Source: Candidatus Micrarchaeota archaeon
GTDB lineage: Archaea > Iainarchaeota > Iainarchaeia > Iainarchaeales > JAGVWC01
NCBI GenBank assembly: GCA_043803815.1
Contig: JAZDJR010000035.1
Span: 1-64,000, forward strand
Length of the DNA stretch: 64,000 nucleotides
Reading direction: 5' to 3'
The notes below the pieces were generated by a model. That model was given only the letters and a program-made list of their open reading frames with translations, did no database searches and was not told the origin of the DNA. Of the stretch, positions 19,696 to 30,005 are shown piece after piece (positions within the stretch are counted from its first letter, which is position 1; every line of letters begins with the position of its first letter). The position numbers were made by a program, and so were the translations under genes.

Positions 19696-21081
19696 ATGAG
19701 CGCAATAAAATTGGCAATCGGAAAAAACCTGTCCTGGCTTTCGACCATGAAAACTCCATTTGGATATGCGGGGCCCGTCGTGCATTATTGGAGTAATTCG
19801 CTGGATTATATCGGTCCCGGAACGGACTGGCGATACGAAGGGCTTATTTCCGCTTTCTTGATTCTGCATGAAAAAACCGGCGAGAAGCGGTTTTTGGATT
19901 CCGCAATAAAAGCGGGAGAATTCATCCTGGCCAATCGCCGCCGCAACGGCGGGTTTTTTTTCTCGAGTTTTGAAGCGAACCCTTCGTTTGAAGGCATCGG
20001 AACCCCGCACCAAAGCGCGGTGGTCCTCGCGTTGATCCGGCTTGCCGACAGGCTCAAATCGCTTGGGCTTGAATACAAAAAATTTTCGGCTGCCGCCCTG
20101 GAAAACCTGGAAAAAATACATATGGAAAAACTCTGGAGCAAAGAACAGCAAACATTTTTTCAGTATGGGAAAAGCAGGGCCGCCGGCCGGTCCAACGCGT
20201 TTGTTCCCAATAAAATTGCAACCGCGTGCCAGGCCTTTTTCGCCATGTATCGGCACACCAAACAGAAAAGATTTTTGGATATCGGATTGACCGCGCTTGC
20301 ATATGTTCCCTCAATGCAGTGCACGGATAACTCGGAGTGGTTTGGCGGCATTTTTCAGTCCGACGACCAAAACAAGGTTTTTTCGTATTATACGGCGCGC
20401 TGCATTCCGGCACTCGCGGAGGGATACGAACTGAGCCAACAAGAAATGTTTCGCCGAACCATTGAAAACGCGCTGGTATTTTTGGGTTCCATGCAAAATC
20501 CGGACGGCAGCCACAACGCGGGATTCATGCGATTCGGTTCCGTTTACCAAAAGACGACCCTGCCGCATTTTGCGGCCGGAGCGGGGGATATCGGCCTTGC
20601 ATTGGAAATCGGAAAGCCGTTTGGAAAGGCCGACAGCCGCGGCGTACTGGAATGGGTGATGCAAAACGCGGGAAAGAGCGGGGGATTTTTTTCAGCGCGC
20701 GGACTGGAATACAAAAACCGGCCGGATGCGCCCAAAAAAGCGGAATATTCCTGGCAGGACGCGTTGCCGGTCGTCGGATGGAACGATAAAGCGCTTCATT
20801 TTTTATCGTCGGTCTGCAGGAATGTTCAGGATATCCCAAAAATCGAGTTTGAAGAGAGTCAAAAGCAATGCTCGAATGGAACGCTTATAGAAACGCGAAA
20901 GTTGCTTGCGGTGGAAGGCGCGGAAAAAAACTGGCGCTTTGAAAAACAAAAAAATTTTTCCAATGATCCCGCGGCATTAAAAAATCTTTTCTGCCGCATT
21001 GGCTTATTGGACACTCCGCCGACGGATTGGGTGGCCAGAGCCGGCTTGCGGATTTTAAGGGATTCAAATGGACGTTTGTAA
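19696..21081 (+). CDS. Uncharacterised alpha/alpha-barrel protein
   Basis: Long ORF with repeated helix-Q.x.DG units (MQNPDGS, NRRRNGGF) and Y/W-rich loops; function unknown. Confidence 0.55.
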   Translation: MSAIKLAIGKNLSWLSTMKTPFGYAGPVVHYWSNSLDYIGPGTDWRYEGLISAFLILHEKTGEKRFLDSAIKAGEFILANRRRNGGFFFSSFEANPSFEGIGTPHQSAVVLALIRLADRLKSLGLEYKKFSAAALENLEKIHMEKLWSKEQQTFFQYGKSRAAGRSNAFVPNKIATACQAFFAMYRHTKQKRFLDIGLTALAYVPSMQCTDNSEWFGGIFQSDDQNKVFSYYTARCIPALAEGYELSQQEMFRRTIENALVFLGSMQNPDGSHNAGFMRFGSVYQKTTLPHFAAGAGDIGLALEIGKPFGKADSRGVLEWVMQNAGKSGGFFSARGLEYKNRPDAPKKAEYSWQDALPVVGWNDKALHFLSSVCRNVQDIPKIEFEESQKQCSNGTLIETRKLLAVEGAEKNWRFEKQKNFSNDPAALKNLFCRIGLLDTPPTDWVARAGLRILRDSNGRL

Positions 21082-21093
21082 GAAGGGAAAAAA

Positions 21094-22215
21094 ATGAAAA
21101 CGCTTTTATTATTTCCATATGCGCCGCCCGAACGCGGGTCCCCGGTCATGCGGGTGGAATCCATTCGGGATTTTTTTGAGGAAAAAGGCGGGCAAGTACG
21201 CATCGCAAGCCCCGTTCGCAATGCCGCATCGGTTCCCGGAGTGATACGGTACAACGGAATTCTGGAATTGCTTTGGATTATTTGGAAAGAAAATCCGGAT
21301 GTTTTAATCGGTTCCTCGCCGCCCATGACGCATTCCGCCATCGGCATGACATTTGCCAAACTACTCGGAAAACGGGTGTTTGTAGATGTGCGCGACCCCT
21401 GGATGTATGCCGCAATCGGACTGAATATTTACAAAAAAAACGAGTGGAAAGCGCTGTTGTACCGCTGGCTTGAAAAAACCGGTTATGCCTTATCGGAAAA
21501 GGTTTTTTCCGTGAGTTCGGACGTTGGGGAGTATATTATGCAAGATGGAGTGAAAGCGGACCGAATTGTAATCGCGCCCAACGGAACGCTTCCAAAAGTG
21601 TTCAGGTTGAATCCCGCGGCAAGGGAAAAGATTCGAAAAAAGCTTGGAATCAAAAAAGACCAGCCGACGGTACTGTATGCGGGCGACAGCAACGGACTGG
21701 GACTGGAATCGTTATGGCCGCAGCTATTGGCTGCCATTCGGCGCAACAAGGGTTTTTTGGTCCTGCTGGTTCCGGTTCGCGAATCGGATTCTGACGCAAA
21801 AAAAATGGAAGCTGAATGCAAAAAAATATTAAAAGAAAATGTGGCGATTGTGGATGTTCCCCCGCTGGAACTAAAAGAAGTGGCGGAGTACTTTGCGGCC
21901 TGCGATATCGGAATCGCCGTGAATCCGCCGGTGCTAGATTACTGCATCCCCGCCAAAGTGTATGATTATGCCGGAGCCGGACTGTACACGGTGGGATTCG
22001 GAACCAAAGGCCGCGGACTTGAAAACCTGCTGGACAAAAACGACATGGGTTCTTTTGCGTTTGACCAAAAAAGCTTTGAAACCGCATTGGAAAAAGCGCT
22101 GAAGCGCATACAAACCGAATCCGGAATTAAAAAACGGCTGAATGCGCTGGCGGTTTCGCGTTTCGACCGTGCCAGAACATCCGAAATTATCTGGAAAGAA
22201 GTCGCGAAAAAATAG
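21094..22215 (+). CDS. GT4-like glycosyltransferase (WbuB/WcaI-like)
   Basis: SPP, DVRDPW, PNG, P.KVYDY motifs. Confidence 0.8.
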   Translation: MKTLLLFPYAPPERGSPVMRVESIRDFFEEKGGQVRIASPVRNAASVPGVIRYNGILELLWIIWKENPDVLIGSSPPMTHSAIGMTFAKLLGKRVFVDVRDPWMYAAIGLNIYKKNEWKALLYRWLEKTGYALSEKVFSVSSDVGEYIMQDGVKADRIVIAPNGTLPKVFRLNPAAREKIRKKLGIKKDQPTVLYAGDSNGLGLESLWPQLLAAIRRNKGFLVLLVPVRESDSDAKKMEAECKKILKENVAIVDVPPLELKEVAEYFAACDIGIAVNPPVLDYCIPAKVYDYAGAGLYTVGFGTKGRGLENLLDKNDMGSFAFDQKSFETALEKALKRIQTESGIKKRLNALAVSRFDRARTSEIIWKEVAKK

Positions 22216-22240
22216 GACAAACCGCCCATTTGGAAGTCGC

Positions 22241-23272
22241 TTAACTGCGCTTGTTTTTGTCGTCGAGGCTTTTTTGTACAACCGCATTAAAACGTTTTGA
22301 AAAACCCGAAAGCCCGAATTCTTTTTCAAGCGATTCGTTGAATTCGAATTTGCCAAAAAGCGCTTTGGATAGGCCGCTTTGGAATGAATCGACCGAAAAA
22401 TCGGGAACTTTAATGCAGGCCGGATGCCCAAGCTCTCTTGCAACGCCAAAATCCGTGGTGACGACGGGGCGGTTGCAGGCCAGCGCTTCAAGGGTAACGA
22501 ACCCGAATCCTTCAAAGCGCGAGGGAAACAGCACCGCATCGCAGGCCGCATAATATTGGGCGACTGTTTTGGAGTCAAACGGACCGCGGCAATCGATGCA
22601 GTCGGATTGGGCTTTCGGAAAGGTAACCGAAACAAAGTGCCAGTCCGGATTCTGCTTGGCGAGTTTTTCTGCGACGTCGAATCCTTTGCTGTAATCCGGC
22701 CGCCCCACAAAAAGAACGATTTTTTTGTCCAGCGGCAAGCCGGTTTGTTGCCGGCTTTTTTTTTGGTCTGCGGGCTTGAAAACCGAAAAATCAACGGCAA
22801 ATGGCACGTGAACCGAATCCAGGCCGTAATCTTTTTTCAGGAGTTTTCTTGTGAATTCGGAATTGGAAACGATTAGGTCCGCATTTTGCAGGCTTTTTTT
22901 TTCAAACCACGCATAGGCCAGCTGGATGCGCAGGCGGTCCAGGCCCCAAACCATCGCGTTTTTGGCAAAGGAAACATTGGTGCCGTGGCAAATCCCGACT
23001 TTTAGGTAGGAAGTTTTGGCGGGCAGGGCCCAGCCGTACGAAGCGTTAAAAAAAACCACGTCGGGGTCGTATTGGTCCAGGTGCTTTGCCAGGTAATCGG
23101 CAACTGCCTTGGCTTTGGAAGGCTCTTTTAGAATCGGCAGAGCGGCTTGGCCGGTTTCCTCAAACGAAATAATGCGAAGGTTCGGAAAAATTTTTTTCAG
23201 GGATTCGGAAAACTGTTCGACTCCGGCGGGAACCTTGGAAAACGAGTTTCCGGTTAAAAGCACCGCTTTCAT
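22241..23272 (-). CDS. GT4 glycosyltransferase
   Basis: GVE, FVGR...KG, EGFGFVTLEALAC. Confidence 0.88.
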   Translation of the reverse strand: MKAVLLTGNSFSKVPAGVEQFSESLKKIFPNLRIISFEETGQAALPILKEPSKAKAVADYLAKHLDQYDPDVVFFNASYGWALPAKTSYLKVGICHGTNVSFAKNAMVWGLDRLRIQLAYAWFEKKSLQNADLIVSNSEFTRKLLKKDYGLDSVHVPFAVDFSVFKPADQKKSRQQTGLPLDKKIVLFVGRPDYSKGFDVAEKLAKQNPDWHFVSVTFPKAQSDCIDCRGPFDSKTVAQYYAACDAVLFPSRFEGFGFVTLEALACNRPVVTTDFGVARELGHPACIKVPDFSVDSFQSGLSKALFGKFEFNESLEKEFGLSGFSKRFNAVVQKSLDDKNKRS

Positions 23273-24756
23273 TTCGAATCCTTCCGGTACTCGAAAATCT
23301 TGAGGAAGTGCGGATTTTCGGTTTCAAAGATCAAATTGAGGCGGTCCTTGTTTTGCAGGATAAACGGGTCAATGGCCGCGCGTTCCTTGTCGATTACGCC
23401 TTGGCGAATCGCGCTGTCCGACTGGTTGGAATGCAAGAGCTTCATGACATAAACTGGGCGGTCGGATTCGTCCGCCACGGCCTTTGGATTGCTCCAATTC
23501 GAATCGACTTTATAGTATTGGCGGTTGCTAAAAACGCCTTTTAAAAAATAAATGCAGTCGTCGGACGAACCGATGACCAGCGCGTTTTCCGGAGTATTGG
23601 CAAACAATTGTTCGCGCACAGTTGCACGTTTTTGCAGCAGGTCCTGATGGGCAAACGACAGCGCTACGGTTGCCAAAAGCAAAACGATTCCGGCAATCCA
23701 AAAAAGGCGGGTGATGAACGCCTCGCGGTTCTTGATTTTTTCAGTCAGGCGGTTCAAATAGTCTCCCACCAAAACCGCGTACGGAACAAGCAAAAGTCCG
23801 GCGATTGGAATCAAATAGCGCATCCTTCCGGTAAACGTCAAAGGCGAAAAGAATTCAAAGACCGCGATATTGCTGTTTCGGCTGACCAAGTACAAAACAA
23901 TGAGCGCGGAAAAAAATACTTCAATCCCGAATTTTTTTCTGTTGATAAGCGGCGCCGCCAGCATCAAAGGATACGCCAAAAGCAGGATGAGTGCAAGCAA
24001 AGGAAGATTGGACAGAATCGCTGGATTTTGGTTTGCGACAAAATGAATCGCGTCATATCCGTAGGGGGTATTCAGCGGACCGCCGTAGAGCGCGGCATTG
24101 GCGGCTAAAATAAGTATTCCGACAATTCCGGCGCCTAAAAGCGTCCAAATCAATCGCAAACGGTTCCTGAACAGCGAAACAACCGCAAAACCCGCAAATA
24201 AAAACGCGGCATCGTACCGGACCGCAGTTGCAAGGCCGAAAAAAATGCCGCAAAGCAGTCCGTCTTTTTTGGTGTTTCCCAAATAAAAAAACAGTCCCGC
24301 CAAAGTGCCGGTCAGCACCAATAATTCCGGATACAAGGTGCGGCTGCTCCAAACAAACGCGGGAAAAAAAAGATACAGGATGGCAAGAGCCGGGTCGGTT
24401 TTAAGGCGTTTTAAAATCAGGGCAAAAATGCCGAAATTCAGCAGGTGAACCAAAAGTCCCGCCAAAAAAAGTCCCGCAAGACCCAAAGGCAAAAACGGAA
24501 TCAAAAAAAGCGATTTTCCAAGGGGATAGGTGGAACGGTACGAGCCGTTTTGGACGGTTCCTCCGCAATAATCCAAAGGATTGGCGTCGAACAGTTTTCC
24601 CTGGGACAATAACATCGCGTTTTTGGCGTATTCGTGCTCGTCGATTGCGGTATACATGGGGGGAAAAAAGAGCAGGTACAGGGCCGAAAAGGCTAAAGCG
24701 GCCAAAATCAGTCCTCGGTTTCGGGAAAAAAAATCCCGGGAAAAAACAGGTTTCAT
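23269..24756 (-). CDS. GT-C-fold membrane glycosyltransferase (ArnT/PMT-like); likely start 24756
   Basis: IDE..Y in first external loop, YP.G, about 11 TMs, RY..P, C-terminal soluble domain; GAGGAG RBS. Confidence 0.7.
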   Translation of the reverse strand: MKPVFSRDFFSRNRGLILAALAFSALYLLFFPPMYTAIDEHEYAKNAMLLSQGKLFDANPLDYCGGTVQNGSYRSTYPLGKSLFLIPFLPLGLAGLFLAGLLVHLLNFGIFALILKRLKTDPALAILYLFFPAFVWSSRTLYPELLVLTGTLAGLFFYLGNTKKDGLLCGIFFGLATAVRYDAAFLFAGFAVVSLFRNRLRLIWTLLGAGIVGILILAANAALYGGPLNTPYGYDAIHFVANQNPAILSNLPLLALILLLAYPLMLAAPLINRKKFGIEVFFSALIVLYLVSRNSNIAVFEFFSPLTFTGRMRYLIPIAGLLLVPYAVLVGDYLNRLTEKIKNREAFITRLFWIAGIVLLLATVALSFAHQDLLQKRATVREQLFANTPENALVIGSSDDCIYFLKGVFSNRQYYKVDSNWSNPKAVADESDRPVYVMKLLHSNQSDSAIRQGVIDKERAAIDPFILQNKDRLNLIFETENPHFLKIFEYRKDSK

Positions 24757-24891
24757 CAGACTCCTCGACCAGAAGAAATCGGCTTTAAAGCATAAAAAGA
24801 TATTGGAACAGCAGACACCAAATCCTTTTGCAAATATTTTTGAATGCAACAATCCGCATTAAAACACTTTACAAACAACCTCGATGTTACG

Positions 24892-25995
24892 ATGCCGGAA
24901 CGCAAAATTAATGTTGCCGTCGTGACCCCGCGACATGTCCAATGCGGAATCGCGGATTATGCAAAAGCACTCGTTGAGGAACTGGAAAAAGACCCGCGCA
25001 TTTTAGTCCGCGTAATCGAAAACAAGAACATCAACAGCCCGTTTTATTTTTTCAGCCTTGGAAAAACGGCCGCGGAAAAAGGCGACGTTATCCACGTGCA
25101 TTTCGAATACGGCTTGTTCGGCCGATTTTTCATCCAGGGGGTATTAGCGCCGTTTTTTTACTGGGGGACAGGCCAAAAACCGGTCATTACAACGATGCAC
25201 GAAGTCATCACGTATTCCTCCTTCAAAATGAAAGTCATCGGCGCGGCGCGTTCAATGGTTGATTCGGTCATAATCAGTCATTCGGAAAAAATCATCGTCA
25301 CGACCGAAGAAGCGGAAAAAATTCTGGTCCGCCGTTTCCCTCGAAAAAAACCGGTGCTCATCCCGCTCGGATTTTACCAGCGGATAAAAACCGTTTCTTC
25401 TTTTGCGGCCAAAGAACGCCTCGGACTAGCGGGAAAAAAAATACTGACCTTGTTCGGATTCGTGACGCGGCACAAAAACTACGAATCGGTCCTGCGGGCC
25501 TTGCACGAACTGGGCGATGAATACCACGTCGTTATAATCGGCGAACCCAAGGATGCCAAATACCTGGAGAAACTCAGGCAATTGGCGACTGATGAAAAGC
25601 TGTCAAAGCAGGTGGTATTTGCGGGATACGTTTCTTTGGACGGCCTTAACCGGTATTTTTCGGCCACGGACCTTTTTTTGTTTCCCTATCGCAATGTCAC
25701 CGGCTCCGCGGCGTTGTCGTTTGCGTTGAATGCCCAAAAGCCGATTTTGTGCACCAATCTTCCCGAATTCAAAAAATTCGAGCACCAAGGCATCTTGAAA
25801 ACCTATGCAAGCGAAAAAGAACTAGCTGATAAAATCCGCTCCACCATAAAGTGGGAACCAAAAGGGCTTCGCGAGTATAGGACAAAAAACGGCATCGAAT
25901 TTTTTGCAAAGGAACACGCTGAACTTTATCTTCGCTGCACAAGCGGCACGAAATCCCAGGAACTCGATACGAAACGCGGCCGAAATAAAAAATAA
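24892..25995 (+). CDS. GT4 glycosyltransferase; likely start 24892
   Basis: CGIADY, HFEYG, TMHE, FGF...K, PY...SAAL. Confidence 0.85.
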   Translation: MPERKINVAVVTPRHVQCGIADYAKALVEELEKDPRILVRVIENKNINSPFYFFSLGKTAAEKGDVIHVHFEYGLFGRFFIQGVLAPFFYWGTGQKPVITTMHEVITYSSFKMKVIGAARSMVDSVIISHSEKIIVTTEEAEKILVRRFPRKKPVLIPLGFYQRIKTVSSFAAKERLGLAGKKILTLFGFVTRHKNYESVLRALHELGDEYHVVIIGEPKDAKYLEKLRQLATDEKLSKQVVFAGYVSLDGLNRYFSATDLFLFPYRNVTGSAALSFALNAQKPILCTNLPEFKKFEHQGILKTYASEKELADKIRSTIKWEPKGLREYRTKNGIEFFAKEHAELYLRCTSGTKSQELDTKRGRNKK

Positions 25996-26020
25996 GGACC
26001 CAAAAAATAGGTTGGTCCTT
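25994..26020. terminator. Possible bidirectional terminator between convergent genes
   Basis: AAGGACC-N13-GGTCCTT inverted repeat flanked by A/T runs. Confidence 0.3.
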
Positions 26021-26030
26021 TGGTTTGGGG

Positions 26031-27611
26031 TCAATTCCGGATGATAACCTTATGCAGCAGCCATTTGACTTTCGCATTCTGGTTTAAGAATTTTTTAAAA
26101 CTGACCAGAAAAAAGATTTCCAGGTCAAGGCTGAAAAAATTGTGCTTAAAGCGCTGTTTTAGCCATTCGCCGAGCAGTTTTCGCAAAAACGGGTAATGCG
26201 GCGCGTGTTTTTGCCGGGTATAGCTGAAATACAGACTGGCCATGTTTTGCAGGCGGATGACTCGGCCCGGATTTTTCAGCCAGGGCAGGCTTTTTTCCGA
26301 TATAAACGTGCTGCTGTCAAGGCTGCTTTTGGCCCACTCAAAAAGCGATTGCGGCTCGTGAAAGCCGCTTTTTTTGCATTCCTGGTAAAGCGGGGTTCCC
26401 GGATACGGGCGAAACAGGCCCGGCCCGAGCAAAACGGATTCGGGATAGATTCCGGCAAGCTGGTCCATCAATTGCAGGGTTTGGACCATGTCTTTTTCGG
26501 TTTCGCCGGGAATTCCGATCATGAAAAAACAAATCGGGATTATCTGGAATTTTTTGCAGCGATGAACGGCTTTGATGCTCATGTCGACCGTAATTCCCTT
26601 GTTCAGGATTTTTAATACGCGGTCGGAGCCGGATTCGATTCCGATGCGAAGCGATGTCAATCCGCTTTTTACGTATCGCTGCAGGTGCTGGTCGGTCAAA
26701 AAATTCGGCCGCACCAAATTGTCGGCGCGGATATCGGCTTCCCAGGTCAGCTTGAATTTTTTCGCTTTCAAATTGTCCACGATGGCGTCAACGCGCTCCA
26801 GGTTTCCGAAGAAAAAATCGTCCACGAACCAGATGTGGTCGATGTTGTGTTTGGAAACCAATTCGTTGATGGCCGCGTTTACCTTTTCGGCGCTTAGCGG
26901 CCGCCATCGCTTGAACGCAAACATAGTGTTGGTGCAAAAGCTGCAGGCATACGGACAGCCGCGGCTTGAGGAAATATCGAGCACGATTGCTTTTCGCTCT
27001 TTTTTGGTTTTTTCGTCATACAACGGGCGCACCAGGTATTTTTCCAAATCCAAAAGCGAATAATCGGGCTTGGCCATGTCTTTTTCTTCGACCGGGGCGG
27101 ATAGCCCGCCGTTGACAATGCCGGATTTTTTTTTGTACAATAGGCCCGGCGTTTTTTTCAGGCTTTTTTTCGACTGCAAAAATCCCAAAAGGCTGGCCAT
27201 GGCCAGTTCGCCTTCTCCGGCAATGACAAAATCGATGTTCGGGTCTTTTAGGGTCTGTTCGGGAAACAAGGTGGGGTGCATTCCGCCCCAAACGATTTTC
27301 TTTTGTGGAAATCGTTTTCTCAGTTTTTTGGTCCACAAATAGGCATGTTTGAGGTCGGGGGTCATGACGGAAAAGGCAATCAGCCGGGCATCCTTACATT
27401 CCCTGCACAGACGCAAAAAGCCTTCCTTTTTGGGGTATACGCGGCAATCGAACAATTTGACGTTATACCCTTTTTCTTTTAAGTAACTGCCCAAAGCAAG
27501 TGTTCCGATTGGAACACACTTATAGTCGGCCAGTACTTCGAAATCGGCGCCGGGAAAATCCGGCATGACGGAAGGCGTGATAAGGATGATGTCGGTTTTT
27601 GGTTTTTCCAT
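26031..27611 (-). CDS. Cobalamin-binding radical SAM protein (class B methylase-like)
   Basis: PIG.LAL.SYL, GGMHPT, GEGE, SRGCPYACSFC, DDFF, GIESG, PYPGT. Confidence 0.9.
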   Translation of the reverse strand: MEKPKTDIILITPSVMPDFPGADFEVLADYKCVPIGTLALGSYLKEKGYNVKLFDCRVYPKKEGFLRLCRECKDARLIAFSVMTPDLKHAYLWTKKLRKRFPQKKIVWGGMHPTLFPEQTLKDPNIDFVIAGEGELAMASLLGFLQSKKSLKKTPGLLYKKKSGIVNGGLSAPVEEKDMAKPDYSLLDLEKYLVRPLYDEKTKKERKAIVLDISSSRGCPYACSFCTNTMFAFKRWRPLSAEKVNAAINELVSKHNIDHIWFVDDFFFGNLERVDAIVDNLKAKKFKLTWEADIRADNLVRPNFLTDQHLQRYVKSGLTSLRIGIESGSDRVLKILNKGITVDMSIKAVHRCKKFQIIPICFFMIGIPGETEKDMVQTLQLMDQLAGIYPESVLLGPGLFRPYPGTPLYQECKKSGFHEPQSLFEWAKSSLDSSTFISEKSLPWLKNPGRVIRLQNMASLYFSYTRQKHAPHYPFLRKLLGEWLKQRFKHNFFSLDLEIFFLVSFKKFLNQNAKVKWLLHKVIIRN

Positions 27612-27744
27612 CGAAAATCATTTTAGTTTGTATCAATATCCGACCTTACACCAACAATTTTATATTCAAATTGTGGAGGTAAGACGACCGCCCGACCTCG
27701 ATTGAACCGCAAACCATTAAAGCCTTTCAAGCCGCCAATTAGTA

Positions 27745-28896
27745 ATGAAAATCGTCGTGGTCGGCCCGATTTTTCCTTTTCGCGGAGGAATCGCGCATTC
27801 CAACCGCCTGCTCTGCGAAGCGCTTTTGCAAAACCATGACGTGACCTGCGTCTCGTTTTCGCGGTTATACCCGCGGATATTGTTTCCGGGAAAAAGCCAA
27901 AAAGAAGCGGGATTGGACGAATCGTTTCAAGTTCCAACCGAATACATTTTGGACTCCGTCAATCCTCTGTCATGGAATGCAACCGCCAAACGAATCGTGG
28001 AAAAAAAACCCGACTGGGTGGTGTTTCACTGGTGGCATACGGGTTTTGCGCCGTGCTACCGGCAATTGGCCCAATACGTCAAAAAAAATTCAAGGGCCAA
28101 AATTTCGGTGCTTTGCCACAATTTTTTGCCGCACGATGCCGCCCACGGACTGCACCGTTTTTTTGCAAAACCTTTTTTCAAGTATGCGGACTGTCTGGCC
28201 GCTTTTTCCAGCAGCGTAGAAACCGAACTTAAAAAAGAATTCCCAAAAAAGCCGTCGGGATGGTTTATCGAGCCGTCTTACGACAAGGCGATTGCAAGGA
28301 CCAAAACGATTTCCCGTTCCTTGGCCAGAAAAAAACTGGGAATAACCGACGCCCATGTCCTGCTTTTTTTCGGCTTTATCCGGCATTACAAGGGACTGGA
28401 TTTTTTGCTGGAAGCGGTAGCCCAATCGGCCAAAAAAAGAAAGGTTACCTTGCTGGTGGCCGGCGAATTCTGGGAAGACAAAACGCGCTATGAAAAAAAA
28501 ATCGGCGAACTTGGAATCGAAAAAAACGTTCGGATTTTTGACGATTATATTCCTTCCGAACAGGTGCCGGTTTTTTTTGCTGCCGCGGACGCGCTGGTAT
28601 TGCCGTATGTTTCCTCGACCAATTCCGCAGTTTTAAAAATGGCGTTCGGCTTTCAGACCCCCGTAATCGCAACAGCCCTTGCCGCGCACCAAGACGTCAT
28701 AAAAGACGGGCAGACGGGACTTTTGGTCAAACCGAAGGATTCCAAGAGCCTGGCCAATGCCATTGATTTGTTTTTTGAAAAAAAAATGGCGGAAAAAATG
28801 CGCAACAACATGAAAAAGCAAAAAGGCCTGTTTGACTGGACAATAGCAAAAGAAAAGATTCTTTTTAATTCCGGCAAAAGCGGGAATGACCTGTGA
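27745..28896 (+). CDS. GT4 glycosyltransferase
   Basis: PFRGGIAH, FGFIRHYKG, LPY.SST.SAV. Confidence 0.88.
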   Translation: MKIVVVGPIFPFRGGIAHSNRLLCEALLQNHDVTCVSFSRLYPRILFPGKSQKEAGLDESFQVPTEYILDSVNPLSWNATAKRIVEKKPDWVVFHWWHTGFAPCYRQLAQYVKKNSRAKISVLCHNFLPHDAAHGLHRFFAKPFFKYADCLAAFSSSVETELKKEFPKKPSGWFIEPSYDKAIARTKTISRSLARKKLGITDAHVLLFFGFIRHYKGLDFLLEAVAQSAKKRKVTLLVAGEFWEDKTRYEKKIGELGIEKNVRIFDDYIPSEQVPVFFAAADALVLPYVSSTNSAVLKMAFGFQTPVIATALAAHQDVIKDGQTGLLVKPKDSKSLANAIDLFFEKKMAEKMRNNMKKQKGLFDWTIAKEKILFNSGKSGNDL

Positions 28897-28909
28897 ATCC
28901 AAAACAGCC

Positions 28910-29455
28910 TTAATTTTTTTTCTTTCCGACAATGACCTGATTTAAGCCGAGGAAAAAAAGCGATTTATGCTCGATTTCAAAACCGTTTTTTAAAAGCAAG
29001 GCGGAAAGTTCGGACAGGGTAAAAATGTGAAAATGGTCGTCCTTTGCATCCGTTGAAGCGACATCCAGGCCGGAAAAAAAACGATGCACCTTGTCGCCGG
29101 CCGGGGTTGGGGTCGTCAGGACCAAGCGTCCGCCCGGCACCAGGGACTTGGAAAGGTTTTGGATCAGGCGGTCATATTCGTGGACATGCTCGATGACGGC
29201 CAAAAGGCAGACGGAGTCGAACAATCCGAGGTCGGACAAATCGTCAAGCCCGCTGGCCTGGTAAAATGTAAAATCGGGGTGGACTGCGGGCTTGGGGTCG
29301 ATTCCCACGTAATGCGTGTTTGCGGGCAAAAACCGGCGAAAATTTCCCTCGTTGCTTCCAACGTCAAGGACTCGCGGGCCGCGAACCCACGGTTTTGCGG
29401 CGTTGATGCGCTGGCGTTGTAAAAAAACACTTAGCTTGCCTTGTCTTTTGCTCAT
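28910..29455 (-). CDS. Class I SAM-dependent methyltransferase
   Basis: VLDVGS..G, GID, VIEH, PGGRLVLTTP. Confidence 0.8.
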   Translation of the reverse strand: MSKRQGKLSVFLQRQRINAAKPWVRGPRVLDVGSNEGNFRRFLPANTHYVGIDPKPAVHPDFTFYQASGLDDLSDLGLFDSVCLLAVIEHVHEYDRLIQNLSKSLVPGGRLVLTTPTPAGDKVHRFFSGLDVASTDAKDDHFHIFTLSELSALLLKNGFEIEHKSLFFLGLNQVIVGKKKN

Positions 29456-29507
29456 GAAAAAATACCCGGTGAAAACACTTTAAATAGTTGGGAACCGTTC
29501 TAGTAGC

Positions 29508-30005
29508 ATGGTTTCTAAAAAAAACCTTCTTTCGGGTGTCCGGGTTATTCCGCTGTCCGACCATTCCGATAAACGCGGCTTTTTCAGGGAAATCGCCAAA
29601 AAATCGTGGAAAATGCCGGACATTCGCCAGGTTTCGGTTTCGGAAACCAAAAGCGGAATAATCAAGGCGTTTCACTGGCACGAACGCCAAGGCGACGCAT
29701 GGCATTTGCTGAAAGGAAAATTAATCGTAAGCCTGCATGACCTGCGCAAAACATCCAGGGATTTTGGCCGGACGATTTCTTTTGAATGGGACGCAAAAAA
29801 AACCGCTTGCCTTTTATTAATCCCCAAAAAAGTCTGCCACGGCTACAAAGCAGTCGGTCCAAAAAACGCGCTGATGCTTTACATGATGGACCGCGAGTAC
29901 AACCCGAAAAAGCCGGACGAAAAAAGAATTCCGTTTGACGACCCCAAAATCGGCATGAACTGGAAAGGCCAGCCGAAAATGTCGATTAACGATTTTATGC
30001 CCTGA
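29508..30005 (+). CDS. rmlC: RmlC-like NDP-4-keto-6-deoxyhexose 3,5-epimerase
   Basis: D.RGFFRE, IKAFHWH..Q.D, DLR..S, HGY. Confidence 0.75.
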   Translation: MVSKKNLLSGVRVIPLSDHSDKRGFFREIAKKSWKMPDIRQVSVSETKSGIIKAFHWHERQGDAWHLLKGKLIVSLHDLRKTSRDFGRTISFEWDAKKTACLLLIPKKVCHGYKAVGPKNALMLYMMDREYNPKKPDEKRIPFDDPKIGMNWKGQPKMSINDFMP

